Of a stretch of DNA of 60,206 nucleotides, positions 1 through 13,414 are shown piece by piece (the stretch's first letter is position 1; each line of letters begins with the position of its first letter). Under the pieces are notes generated by a model. It was not told the origin of the DNA, made no database searches, and was given only the letters and a program-made list of their open reading frames with translations. Made by a program: the position numbers and the translations under genes. Location: assembly GCA_964016885.1 (NCBI GenBank), contig CAXHJY010000100.1:1-60206 (forward strand), read 5' to 3'. This DNA is from Eledone cirrhosa. Taxonomy: Eukaryota.

Positions 1-138
1 GACAGCCTAATATAAATGTATCTATAAATTATGAAAAATAAAAAAATAAAAACAATAAAATATAATACATATAATATAATGTACATACGCATACAGATAT
101 ACATACACATACATACATGTACGCGCACATAGAGATAT

Positions 139-263
139 CTACACATACATACATACACACATACCTATACTGTCACACACACACATACATTTACACGAAC
201 ATACACATACACATATAAAAAGATATAAATACAGACACACACACGCGCAACACATACACACAT

Positions 264-310
<47 letters not shown>

Positions 311-419
311 TATACACACACACATAGACTCATATATATATACATACACATACATACACTTATACACAAACATATATATCCCACACTCATACCACCATAA
401 AAACACATACAAACACCCA

Positions 420-456
<37 letters not shown>

Positions 457-669
457 ACATACACACACGTACACATATATGTATATATACACACATACAT
501 ACACACATACACATACATATATACACACACACATAAAATACAGACATGCACATATATATATATATATATATATTTCATTACTCTTATATATACACATAGT
601 ATATATACATACACAACCTCACTTATACACATATACACATAAGTTATATTACAATAATAATAAAGAATA

Positions 670-700
<31 letters not shown>

Positions 701-986
701 TATACACACGTATACACATATACATACATACATATACATATACATACATACATACACATACATACATACACTTAAATATAAACATATATAAATACACACA
801 TACGAATAAAGACATATATTCACACATAGACACCTATATACACATATATATATATATATATCTACACATACATACATACACACATACCTATACTGTCACA
901 CACACACATACATTTACACGAACATACACATACACATATAAAAAGATATAAATACAGACACTCACACGCACAACACATACACACAT

Positions 987-1033
<47 letters not shown>

Positions 1034-1146
1034 TATACACACACACATAGACTCATATATATATACATACACATACATACACTTATACACAAACATATAT
1101 ATCCCACACTCATACCACCATAAAAACACATACAAACACCCAGATG

Positions 1147-1177
<31 letters not shown>

Positions 1178-1390
1178 CAACATACACACACGTACACATA
1201 TATGTATATATACATACATACATACACACACACACATACATCTATACTCACACACATAAAATACAGACATGCACATATATATATATATATATATATTTCA
1301 TTACTCTTATATATACACATAGTATATATACATACACAACCTCACTTATACACATATACACATAAGTTATATTACAATAAAATAAAGAAT

Positions 1391-1425
<35 letters not shown>

Positions 1426-1561
1426 ACACACATATACACATATACATACATACATATACATATACATACATACATACACATACATACATACACTTAAATA
1501 TAAACATATATAAATACACACATACGAATAAAGACATATATTCACACATAGACACCTATAT

Positions 1562-1599
<38 letters not shown>

Positions 1600-1600
1600 A
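139..1600. repeat. Tandem duplication (~723-bp unit, 2 copies) of a TA/CA-rich compound microsatellite region
   Basis: Unique anchors recur 723 bp apart, e.g. cctatactgtcac, cccacactcataccaccataaaaac, cctcacttatacac. ORF-track peptides at 139 and 862 are near-identical. Confidence 0.9.
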
Positions 1601-3433
1601 TATACACACACATACACACATATACACACACATATATATATATACACATACACACACACGCACACACATACAGACACACACACACACTCACATATATATA
1701 TATATATATATATGTGTGTATGTGAGTGTGCGCAAATACATATATATATACACACACACATACAAACACACACAAACACATACATATGCATACGTGCACA
1801 CACACACACATATATCACATAGATACGAAGATAAACATATAAATAGAGAGACATACAAATATATACAGAACCCATATACACATACATACAAACACGCATA
1901 TACATATATATACATATATACACATATATATATTCCTATATACAAGCATACACATACACACACATATATACATATACATACACATATACATACCACACAT
2001 TTACATACACGTACATATATAATGCATATATATACATATATATACATACATATGTATGTACAATCATATATACACACTCAATCTTACATTCATATTTACA
2101 TGCTCATATATGTATTTTTATATATTTAGAAATAAATACCAAAAAACTATATAGATACCCATCTACACATATATTCATACATATACACTTACAAAAACAG
2201 ATGATAATAGTATGGGGGAAAGGGGGGGTTTGGAGAAGGGGATCAAAGTAAATATATGTTTCAAGAAACATATAATATTTTCCATATCTTAATTCAATGT
2301 ATGTTCTTACATATTTTCAGTGCTAGGAAATACGAAATCTATGCATCACAAAATAAAAAAGTATACCATTAATCATATGTCAACTAAACCAAAGATAGTC
2401 AACATATTGATTTCCAAGGTGTAAATTAGTTAGGTTTATAATATTTGAAGCAGAATTATGAAGTCAAACAGTAGTAGATTATTAATTACATTATAACTAA
2501 ATTAAAGTTAATAACGTTATGGTATCAATATTAGGAGATGAATTTAGTAATAGGGAAAAGAAACCCAAATAAAAATAAAATAAAGTATTACATCGGTAGT
2601 AGCATATAAATTATATGTTAACTAAGTTAAAAATTATATATTTATTTCAATAGTATATGTTAATTAGTATATGTTAATTAGGTATACAATACATAAAGCA
2701 GATATTGTATTTCATCAATAGCATAATATAATTATATGCAAATAAAAATCAAAACTAATACGCATACATATACATATACATACACATACACATACATATA
2801 CATATACATACACATATATATATATATATATACATATATATACACATACATACATATATAGTCACATAAATATACATACAGATACACATACAACACACAC
2901 ATATACATATACATATAGATATACATATCTTTTCCAAAAAAATTTGCACAGAATATATTAACTAGGTATATATCCAAAAACACCTCCCATTCTATGATTA
3001 CATGACATTCTGCAATTCGTCTGTACAAGGATACTAATTTTAAGCAAATTAAAATTAAAGTTTTAGGTTGATTAAAACTAAAACCAAATAATAAATATAT
3101 TTCCAAAATGTATATTAATTAGGTCAATAATACTAAAAATTCTTTCTCCGTCATAGGATACATGATATTATTTTGTTATATTTTATCTGTAAAAGAATTA
3201 TAATAAAAAAAATTATAATAAAAGGTTAAACTAAATTAAAAAATTATAATAAAAGGTTAAAATAAGTTAAAATTAATCTATAAATTAAATTACTGAATAT
3301 ATATTAGTAATATTTAAAGGTTTTTCAAAATTAATGATTACATAATATTTTCTCATCTGTAATAAAATATTAATTAAATTAAATTTATAGGTTAACTAAC
3401 ATTTAAATTAAATTAAATTCTAGAATAATGTTA

Positions 3434-4405
3434 TTAATTAGGTTTATAATATTTAAATGTTTTTTTTAGTTTATGATTACACGATATAATTAATTCCTGT
3501 CTTTTATTTAATAAGAAATCCCTAGACTTCATTATTTCAAATAGTTCTTGGGAACATAATCTACATTCCTTTCTATTATTTTGATAAGGGGTGGCTCTTT
3601 TGAGCACACTCCAGGTCAAATCATATTTTATATTTTTATTTTTATAACTATTGATTTTTTCTGCTAGAGATGTTGTATTAGCCAGTGCGGCATTTTTAAA
3701 GCTATGTTTGTGGGTATTATACCTTGTCTTAAAATTGTTAGAGGTAGCTCCTATATATGAGCAAATAGAATCTTTAGTTTTAACATTACATTTATAGACT
3801 ATGTTGTTAACAAGACAATTCCCTTTTAATAGGCAGTTTGTTTTGTTTCTACAGTTACATCCTTTCGTTAATTCTGTATTTGAGGAGATATTATTGTTAA
3901 TTTGATGTACTGGTGGTATACTTATGGTTTTCTTACATTTATATGCATTATATGCACTTATATTTTGTTTTATGTTATTTGTTGTAGAGTATGAGAATTT
4001 AACTGTAGACCTATTTAAGATTTGATGGTATTTGTGGTTTGGCGGGAAGTTTTTCTCAAGGATATAAAAAAATTTTTTAGCAATATTATCCTTAACTTGT
4101 AAATTAAAAGGAGCATTATACCAAGTAACTCGTCTATTACGGTTTCTATGTTGTTTATTATTTTTATTATTTTTATATGTTGTATCATGATTTTTACTAG
4201 GAGGAATAATGTTAATGATCTCACCACAACTATTTTTAGTTATATTTGTAGATTTAGGTGTTTTATCTTTTTTATTAGGAGTTTTATTATTAATATTTAT
4301 TATAGTCTTATGATGAGTAGTTTTTTGAGGGTTACTATACTTTATATTAGAAGATTTAGTATTTTGGGGTATACTGTGGGTGGCATTTAGGTGTGTACTT
4401 TTCAT
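3434..4405 (-). CDS. Penelope-like element GIY-YIG endonuclease ORF (C-terminal EN region; Hydra-clade-like CxCx5Cx5C linker); no RT motifs visible
   Basis: Motifs RRVTWYNAPF, CNCRNKTNCLLKGNC, IVYKC...YIGAT..FKTRYNTHKHSF, CRLCSQE, LLNKRQELIISCNH. The frame is open from 4612; an internal Met lies at 4405 (MKSTHL). Clade assignment is from recalled motifs, not a search. Confidence 0.8.
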   Translation of the reverse strand: MKSTHLNATHSIPQNTKSSNIKYSNPQKTTHHKTIININNKTPNKKDKTPKSTNITKNSCGEIINIIPPSKNHDTTYKNNKNNKQHRNRNRRVTWYNAPFNLQVKDNIAKKFFYILEKNFPPNHKYHQILNRSTVKFSYSTTNNIKQNISAYNAYKCKKTISIPPVHQINNNISSNTELTKGCNCRNKTNCLLKGNCLVNNIVYKCNVKTKDSICSYIGATSNNFKTRYNTHKHSFKNAALANTTSLAEKINSYKNKNIKYDLTWSVLKRATPYQNNRKECRLCSQELFEIMKSRDFLLNKRQELIISCNHKLKKTFKYYKPN

Positions 4406-4489
4406 TTGGTGTTTGTACTTTTCCTTTGTGTTTTCATTGGTCAATTTTGAACTGATATTTTGAATTGTTGTTATTATCAATAAATATAC

Positions 4490-4644
4490 TTCATTATTTC
4501 TGAAGACGGCGTATATATGAGTTAGGTATGTATATTTAATCTTGATAATTTGTATAATTTTGTATAATTTTGTACATAGATCTGTTAAATATGCATACCA
4601 ATTATAACACATATATACCCTAGAAACGATCGTTAAATAGTGAA
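4490..4644 (+). ncRNA. Type I hammerhead ribozyme motif with very long stem II
   Basis: ttcattattt-CTGAAGA-(~116-nt hairpin: gtatatatg/catatatac, ggtatgtatatttaa/ttaaatatgcatacc)-GAAAC-gatc-GTT-aaatagtgaa. Stem I is 10 bp; stem III is palindromic. Confidence 0.7.
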
Positions 4645-4829
4645 CTTTTTTTGTTTAATATAAGGAATTGTTTGTTCATTATTTGTTTAATATTTTATCT
4701 TGACTCTGTATACCGTTTATCTTTCACCGAAATTGGATTTTCATTACATCTCTTCTTTCCATGATATCCGGAATACATTGAGTTCTTCATACGGATTGGA
4801 CACTACCGTAAACTCTTGGTAGATTTATC

Positions 4830-4868
<39 letters not shown>

Positions 4869-4906
4869 ATATATATATATATATACATATATATATAAAT
4901 ATATAT

Positions 4907-4983
<77 letters not shown>

Positions 4984-5076
4984 ATAATTGTTTCTATTTT
5001 TTGCACAAGGCCAGCAATTACCTAGTGTATTACTGGTACTTTATTTTATCGACCCCGTAAGGATGAAAGGCAAAGT
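4984..5076 (-). mobile_element. SINE family 1, 3' half
   Basis: Reverse complement of the ctttgcctttcatccttacggggtcgataaaataaagtaccagt core plus tail. Confidence 0.8.
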
Positions 5077-5135
5077 ATGTATATCTTTTATCTTTGTATT
5101 TCACTTTCGTTTCTCTCTTTCTCTCTCTAGTCTTA

Positions 5136-5221
<86 letters not shown>

Positions 5222-5439
5222 CTCTAATCCTGTCTCTCACTCCAGTCTGTATTGTCTCTACATCCCCCCCATTCCCCCTCCTCACCATCTTTCCTTTCCA
5301 ATCCATCTCTCTAATTATTTCTCATCTGACATCCGTTTAGCTTCACATTTTTATCACTAATTAAATTCCTTGTACAGAGAGAGAGAGAGAGAGAGAGAAA
5401 GAGACAGAGAGATAGAGAGGGAGGGGGGAGGAGAGAGCA

Positions 5440-5441
<2 letters not shown>

Positions 5442-5504
<63 letters not shown>

Positions 5505-5559
5505 TAGCCTGAGAGAGAGAAAGCGAGAAAGAGAGATCGAGTGAGTTGCATACGTGCAT

Positions 5560-5590
<31 letters not shown>

Positions 5591-5614
5591 GTATATATAT
5601 ATATATATATATAC

Positions 5615-5650
<36 letters not shown>

Positions 5651-5676
5651 GTATATATATATATATATATATATAC

Positions 5677-5755
<79 letters not shown>

Positions 5756-5779
5756 AGTAGTTATAACAATGACATATTC

Positions 5780-5810
<31 letters not shown>

Positions 5811-5879
5811 CTAATATATATATATATTAGTATATATATAGATATATATATACCTGAATATGTCATTGTTATAACTAAT

Positions 5880-5910
<31 letters not shown>

Positions 5911-5985
5911 GTATATATATATATATATATATAATGCACGTATGCAACTCACTCGATCTCTCTTTCTCGCTTTCTCTCTCTCATG

Positions 5986-6072
<87 letters not shown>
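5442..6072. repeat. Large palindrome of microsatellites and short unique spacers, centred near 5820
   Basis: gatcgagtgagttgcatacgtgcatt mirrors aatgcacgtatgcaactcactcgatc; agttataacaatgacatattcagg mirrors cctgaatatgtcattgttataact. Confidence 0.85.
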
Positions 6073-6077
<5 letters not shown>

Positions 6078-6084
6078 AGAGCCA

Positions 6085-6171
6085 GAGAGGTGCAAAGAAA
6101 GAGGAAGAGAGAGAGAGAGAAAGAAAGAGAGAACGAGAGAGAGTGAAAGATGAAAGGAGAGATATGGAGAT

Positions 6172-6206
<35 letters not shown>

Positions 6207-6272
6207 AAGATGAAAGGAGAAATATGGAGATAGAGAGACAGAGAGAGAGAGAGAGAAAGATGAAAGGAGAGA

Positions 6273-6317
<45 letters not shown>

Positions 6318-6390
6318 CGAGAGAGAGAGAAAGATGAAAGGAGAGATATGGAGATAGAGAGAGAGAGAGAGAGAAAGATGAAAGGAGAGA

Positions 6391-6445
<55 letters not shown>

Positions 6446-6586
6446 CGAGAGAGAGAGAAAGATGAAAGGAGAGATATGGAGATAGAGAGAGAGAGAAAGA
6501 GAGAGAGAGAACGAGGGCGAGAGAAAGATGAAAGGAGAGATATGGAGATAGAGAGAGAGAGAGAGAGAGAAAGATGAAAGGAGAGA

Positions 6587-6646
<60 letters not shown>

Positions 6647-6800
6647 AAGAGAACGAGAGAGAGAGAAAGATGAAAGGAGAGATATGGAGATAGAGAGAGA
6701 GAGAAAGAGCGAGAGATAGAGAGAAAGAGAACGAGAGAGAGAGAGAGAGAACGAGAGAGAGAGAAAGATGAAAGGAGAGATATGGAGATAGATAGATAGA
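6085..6800. repeat. GA-rich minisatellite (aaagatgaaaggagagatatggaga + (GA)n), about 12 copies
   Basis: The motif recurs with variable (GA)n spacers. Confidence 0.9.
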
Positions 6801-7139
6801 TAGATAGATAAAGATAGATAGAGAGAGAGAAGGGTGGGGGAGATAGGAAGAGGAGGCAGTGGTTGGGAGAGGAATCGGACGAGCATCGCATTCTTAACGC
6901 ATCTGTCTCCGCAGTCTTCTGCTACCTGTAGGAATTACTCTCGATATCAGTAACAGAAGTAGCAGTAATAGTACTAGTAGTAGTACTAGTAGTAGCTGCA
7001 GTAGTAGTGGTGGTGGTAGTGGTGGTAGTGGTGGTGGTATTAGTAGCAGTTGTTGTCAAAATGGAAGTAGCGTTGGCAAAATCCGCCTCTTTTCTGAAGT
7101 ATGTCTCCGCCCAATTTAATTTCTTTCCGGTTTTTGCCT

Positions 7140-7158
7140 AAATTTATCAACAATACCC

Positions 7159-7221
<63 letters not shown>

Positions 7222-7590
7222 CCACTCCCTTTTCCTCTCTTTCCTCCTCCTCTCTCTCTCACTCATCCCCCATCCCCCTCTCCCTCTCTTTCTCTCCCTC
7301 TCTCTCTATCTCTCTCTCTCTATCTATCTCCCCCACTCCTTTTTCCTCTCTTTCCTCCTCCTCTCTCTCTCTCACTCCTCCCCCACCCCCCTCTCCCTCT
7401 CTCTCTCTCTATCTCTCTCTCCCACTCCCTTTTCCTCTCTTTCCTCCTCCTCTCTCTCTCTCACTCCTCCCCCACCCCCCTCTCCCTCTCTCTCTCTCTA
7501 TCTCTCTCTCCCACTCCCTTTCCTCTCTTTCCTCCTCCTCTCTCTCTCTCACTTCTCCCCCCACCCCCACTCTCTCTTTCTCTTTCTTTC
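7140..7590. repeat. CT-rich minisatellite (cccactccttttcctctctttcctcctcc units)
   Basis: About 4 copies of a polypyrimidine unit. Confidence 0.8.
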
Positions 7591-7896
7591 GATCCACGCC
7601 AAAACTTAGAATGTTCTCGAACAATTATCTCCTGGTCACAAGAGATTATCCTTCCAAACACCCATCCACTCACCAATCCACCCATCCATCCATCCATCCA
7701 CCCATCTCCACCCGTTTATCCAGCCACCTTACCATCCAACCATCCAACCATCCTTCCAGCTAGTAAGTGACTCTTAGGTGGTCACAGAAATTGCTAGAAA
7801 TAGATAGTAAGATCAACTTCAAATCCCGCCCAGACGTTTGTGAAAGGGGTTGGACCATATGTCGGATAATATGTTCTACAGATGAAAACTGCCTGA

Positions 7897-8081
7897 AATA
7901 ATTGTTTCTACTTTAGGCACAAGGCCAGCAAATACCCAGTGCATTACTGGTACTTTATTTTATCGACCCCCGTAAGGATGAAAGGCAAAGTCAACCTCGG
8001 CGGGATTTGAACTCAGATCGTAAAGGGACGTAACTATGCTGGAAAGCATGGCGTCCGACCCTCTACCGATACTGCCAATCC
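7897..8081 (-). mobile_element. tRNA-derived SINE family 1, full length (central domain resembles the Meta-SINE domain)
   Basis: Minus strand: A-box-like tggcagtatcgg, B-box gagttcaaatccc, core ctttcatccttacggggtcgataaaataaagtaccag, tail ggccttgtgcctaaagtagaaacaatt. Confidence 0.85.
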
Positions 8082-8089
8082 AAATAATA

Positions 8090-8168
8090 TTAATTGTTTC
8101 TACTTTAGGCACAAGGCCAGCAATTATCCCAGTGTATTACTGGTACTTTATTTTATCGACCCCGTAAG
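8090..8168 (-). mobile_element. SINE family 1, 3' fragment
   Basis: Same tail and core. A ~65-bp sequence (aagatca.cttcaaatcccgcccagacg...) is directly repeated at ~7810 and ~8167. Confidence 0.75.
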
Positions 8169-8311
8169 ATCAGCTTCAAATCCCGCCCAGACGTTTGTGA
8201 AAGGGGTTGGACCATATACCGGATAATATGTTCTAATTATAACATCTCGGTATAGTCGCAGCTGGAAAGTTTTGATCGACATCCTGTTCTATTATTACTG
8301 GCCTAGGGTTA

Positions 8312-11300
8312 AACTATATACGGTCTATATTCTACTGTACTGTACTACACTATATTACACTATAGTATACTGTACTATACTATACTATACTATACTATAC
8401 TATACTATACTATACTATACTATACTATACTGTACTGTACTATACTATACTATACTATACTATACTATACTATACTATATTATACTGTATTGTACTACAC
8501 TATACTGTACTATACTACACTATATTACACTATACTGTACTATACTATACTATACTATACTATACTATACTATACTATACTATACTATACTATACTACAC
8601 TATACTGTACTACACTATACTGTACTATACTACACTATACTGTACTATACTACACTATATTACACTATACTGTACTATACTATACTATACTATACTATAC
8701 TATACTATACTATACTATACTATACTATACTGTACTGTACTATACTATACTATACTATACTATACTATACTATACTATACTATACTATACTATACTGTAC
8801 TGTACTATACTATACTATACTATACTATACTATACTATACTGTATTGTACTATACTATATTACACTTTACTGTACTACACTACACTATACTGTATTATAC
8901 TACACCATGTTACACTATACTATACTGTACTATACTATACTATACTGTACTATACTATACTATACTGTATTGTACTATACTATATTACACTTTACTGTAC
9001 TACACTACACTATACTGTATTATACTACACCATGTTACACTATACTATACTATACTATACTGTACTATACTATACTATACTGTACTATACTATACTATAC
9101 TATACTGTACTATACTATACTATACTATACTATACTATACTATATTATACTGTATTGTACTATACTATATTACACTTTACTGTACTACACTACACTATAC
9201 TGTATTATACTACACCATGTTACACTATACTATACTGTACTATACTATACTATACTATACTGTACTATACTATACTATACTATACTATACTATACTATAC
9301 TGTACTATACTATACTATACTATACTATACTATACTATACTATATTATACTGTATTGTACTATACTATATTACACTGTACTGTACTACACTACACTATAC
9401 TGTATTATACTACACTATGTTACACTATACTATACTGTACTATACTATACTATACTGTACTGTACTATACTATACTATACTATACTATACTATATTATAC
9501 TGTATTGTACTATACTATATTACACTTTACTGTACTACACTACACTATACTGTATTATACTACACTATGTTACACTATACTATACTGTACTATACTATAT
9601 TACACTATACTATACTATACTGTATTGTACTATACTATACTACACATACTGTACTACACTATACTGTACTATACTACACTATACTATACTATACTATACT
9701 GTACTATACTACACTATACTGTTCTACACTACACTATAGTGTACTATACTACACTATATTACACTATACTATACTGTACAATACTATACCATACTGTACT
9801 ATACTATACTACACTATACTGTTCTACACTACACTATAGTGTACTATACTACACTATATTACACTATACTATACTGAACAATACTATACCATACTGTACT
9901 ATACTATACTACACTATACTGTTCTACACTACACTATAGTGTACTATACTACACTATATTACACTATACTATACTGAACAATACTATACCATACTGTACT
10001 ATACTATACTACAATATACTGTTCTACACTACACTATAGTGTACTATACTACACTATATTACACTATACTATACTGAACAATACTATACCATACTGTACT
10101 ATACTATACTACACTATACTGTTCTACACTACACTATAGTGTACTATACTACACTATATTACACTATACTATACTGAACAATACTATACCATACTGTACT
10201 ATACTATACTACACTATACTGTTCTACACTACACTATAGTGTACTATACTACACTATATTACACTATACTATACTGAACAATACTATACCATACTGTACT
10301 ATACTATACTACACTATACTGTTCTACACTACACTATAGTGTACTATACTACACTATATTACACTATACTATACTGAACAATACTATACCATACTGTACT
10401 ATACTATACTACACTATACTGTTCTACACTACACTATAGTGTACTATACTACACTATATTACACTATACTATACTGAACAATACTATACCATACTGTACT
10501 ATACTATACTACACTATACTGTTCTACACTACACTATAGTGTACTATATTACACTATATTACACTATACTATACTGAACAATACTATACCATACTGTACT
10601 ATACTATACTACACTATACTGCATTATACTATACTATACTGTATTGTACTATACTATACTATACTATACTACACTATACTGTACTACACTATACTGTACT
10701 ATACTACACTATACTGTACTATACTACACTATATTACACTATACTATACTATACTATACTATACTATACTATACTATACTATACTATACTATACTATACT
10801 ATACTACACTATACTGTACTACACCATACTGTACTATACTACACTATACTGTACTATACTACACTATATTACACTATACTATACTATACTATACTATACT
10901 ATACTATACTATACTATACTATACTATACTATACTATACTATACTATACTGTACTATACTATACTACACTATATGACACTATACTATACTATACTATACT
11001 ATACTATACTATACTATACTATACTATACTATACTATACTATACTATACTATACTATACTACACTATACTGTACTATACTATACTACACTATACTACACT
11101 ATACTGTACTATACTGTACTACACTATACTGTACTATACTGTACTATACTGTACTACACTATACTGTACTATACTACACTATATTACACTATACTATACT
11201 ATACTATGCTATACTATACTGTACTATACTATACTACACTATATGACACTATACTATACTATACTGTACTACACTACACTATACTATACTATATGACACA
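8312..11300. repeat. (TATAC)n pentanucleotide satellite with an internal 100-bp higher-order repeat (~9710-10620)
   Basis: Variants tatac/tgtac/tacac. The marker gttctacactacactatagt occurs at 9721, 9821 and every 100 bp to 10521. Confidence 0.95.
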
Positions 11301-11555
11301 CTACTCTACAAAATTATACATACGTACGTGCATACATATACACATATATACATATATACACACACATATATACATATACGCACATATGTATAATGTATAT
11401 ATATATGCATCTGTAAATGAAATTAAGTGGATACACTCACACATGTTTATATATATATATATACACATATACATATGTGTGTTTATGTGTGTGTGTGGTG
11501 ACTATTTGTATGTGTGGTGAATATATATATATATATATATTCACCACACACACAC

Positions 11556-11649
<94 letters not shown>

Positions 11650-11692
11650 AAAAGAAACCAAAGAACGCTTACATACTCAAACAGTTTTATTT

Positions 11693-11737
11693 GCTTACAA
11701 TGTTTCATCCATACCGTTGGGTAGGATTCATCAGAGC
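11693..11737 (-). ncRNA. Minimal hammerhead ribozyme motif
   Basis: Reverse complement of 11992-12036. Confidence 0.65.
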
Positions 11738-11991
11738 TTAATAAACACAGTGCTGAGTATAAGCTCTACCAAGCTTAGTCACACCAACAATCGGAATACA
11801 ATAGAGCGTAAAGATAGGGAGAACGGAGATGGCGAATAAGGAGAGAGTACATGCTGTGGTTGTTAAGCACCACAGCATGTACTCTCTCCTTATTCGCTAT
11901 CTCCGTTCTCCCTATCTTTACGCTCTATTGTATTCCGATTGTTGGTGTGACTAAGCTTGGTAGAGCTTATACTCAGCACTGTGTTTATTAA

Positions 11992-12036
11992 GCTCTGATG
12001 AATCCTACCCAACGGTATGGATGAAACATTGTAAGC
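11992..12036 (+). ncRNA. Minimal hammerhead ribozyme motif
   Basis: gct-CTGATGA-atcc.tacc(caac)ggta.t.ggat-GAAAC-att-GTA-agc. Confidence 0.7.
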
Positions 12037-12190
12037 AAATAAAAACTGTTTGAGTATGTAAGCGTTCTTTGGTTTCTTTTACATGTAACGGCTGTGTTCT
12101 CGTACATTGAGCTAATACAATACCGTCAAAATATAACACGGTGCGTGTGTGTTTATACACATGCACTCCGTGCTATACATACGTAAATAA

Positions 12191-12269
<79 letters not shown>

Positions 12270-12315
12270 TATATATAATTATATATATATGTATATGCAT
12301 ATATATACGTATATA

Positions 12316-12394
<79 letters not shown>

Positions 12395-12398
<4 letters not shown>

Positions 12399-12480
12399 AA
12401 CCAGTAAGACCCCGACAGCTGAGCTAGAATTAGCCGTCGAAACGGCTTGAGCTCAGCTGTCGGGGTCTTACTGGTTCCTA
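12395..12480. repeat. Short fold-back fragment containing the 3' half of a hammerhead (GAAAC-stem III-GTC)
   Basis: taggaaccagtaagaccccgacagctgagct mirrors agctcagctgtcggggtcttactggttccta; related to the fragments at 23211-23476, 24608-24695 and 40761-40898. Confidence 0.75.
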
Positions 12481-12557
12481 TTACCCACTCTACTACCTCA
12501 AGTATTGAGTACTTTGGTGCGTTTTGGTCCACCTGGTTCCTTACCACATTTCCTTCG

Positions 12558-12619
<62 letters not shown>

Positions 12620-12628
12620 ATACACACA

Positions 12629-12704
<76 letters not shown>

Positions 12705-12889
12705 CACTATACTCACAACGGTGTATAAAATGCCATCGATAGATATTTAAGGGGGGGAGGGGGAGATGTAGGGAGAAATATTTATAAACCAGATCAATAA
12801 AGACAGATTCACATTTCAGCATTCTAGTGAGAGAGTAGTAATTATGTGGTGAGATACATATTGAAGTTATCGTCACCCCCCCCCCCCCC

Positions 12890-13285
12890 CGCCACCACTG
12901 ATATCACTACAGACACCACCACCACCGCCACCACCACCACCACCACCACCACCACTGATATCACTACCGACACCACCACCACCACTGATATCACTACTGA
13001 CACCACCACCACCACTGATATCACTACCGACACCACCACCACCACTACCACCACCACTGATATCACTACTGACACCACCACCACCACCAACAACAACAAC
13101 AAAGCCACATCATCACCATCACCAGCACCACCATTACTCCCACCACCAACAACAACAACGCCACATCATCAGCACCAGCACCACCACCACCACAATAAAA
13201 AATCACCACATCTACAACCACCGACACAGACACCACCACCTCCAACACCTCCACCACCGTTACATCGTCACCACCACCACCAACA
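12890..13285. repeat. (CAC)n/(CAA)n trinucleotide region with repeated ccactgatatcactac units
   Basis: Direct inspection. Confidence 0.85.
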
Positions 13286-13414
13286 CTAGGAATGTCATGT
13301 CATGAACAGTAGAACTTTCTAGAATCAAAGAACACATCAATCACAGGATAATGAAGTAAAACGAACTGTAATTCCCCGCGGAAGTGAGAGAAATGGTATC
13401 CTACTCTATATCAT

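Larger units (their letters stand above)
11647..12083. mobile_element. Fold-back (inverted pseudo-LTR-like) element, ~214-bp arms, 8-nt spacer, between (TA)n tracts
   Basis: Arms 11647-11860 and 11869-12083 are near-perfect reverse complements; each carries a hammerhead motif. Confidence 0.85.

Noticed and set aside
139-2129. Many Y/I/C/V/H/T-rich ORFs here and throughout the window
   Set aside because: Translations of (TA)n, (CA)n and (GA)n repeats that simply lack stop codons.
7990-8081. tRNA genes at A/B-box sites
   Set aside because: The boxes belong to SINE heads; no complete cloverleaf is evident.
8272-9939. 555-aa YYTIL ORF, and similar ORFs at 46174-48916
   Set aside because: Satellite translation, open in several frames.
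12846-13289. Mucin-like Thr/Pro/His-rich ORF
   Set aside because: Trinucleotide repeats with no unique domain or clear splice context.
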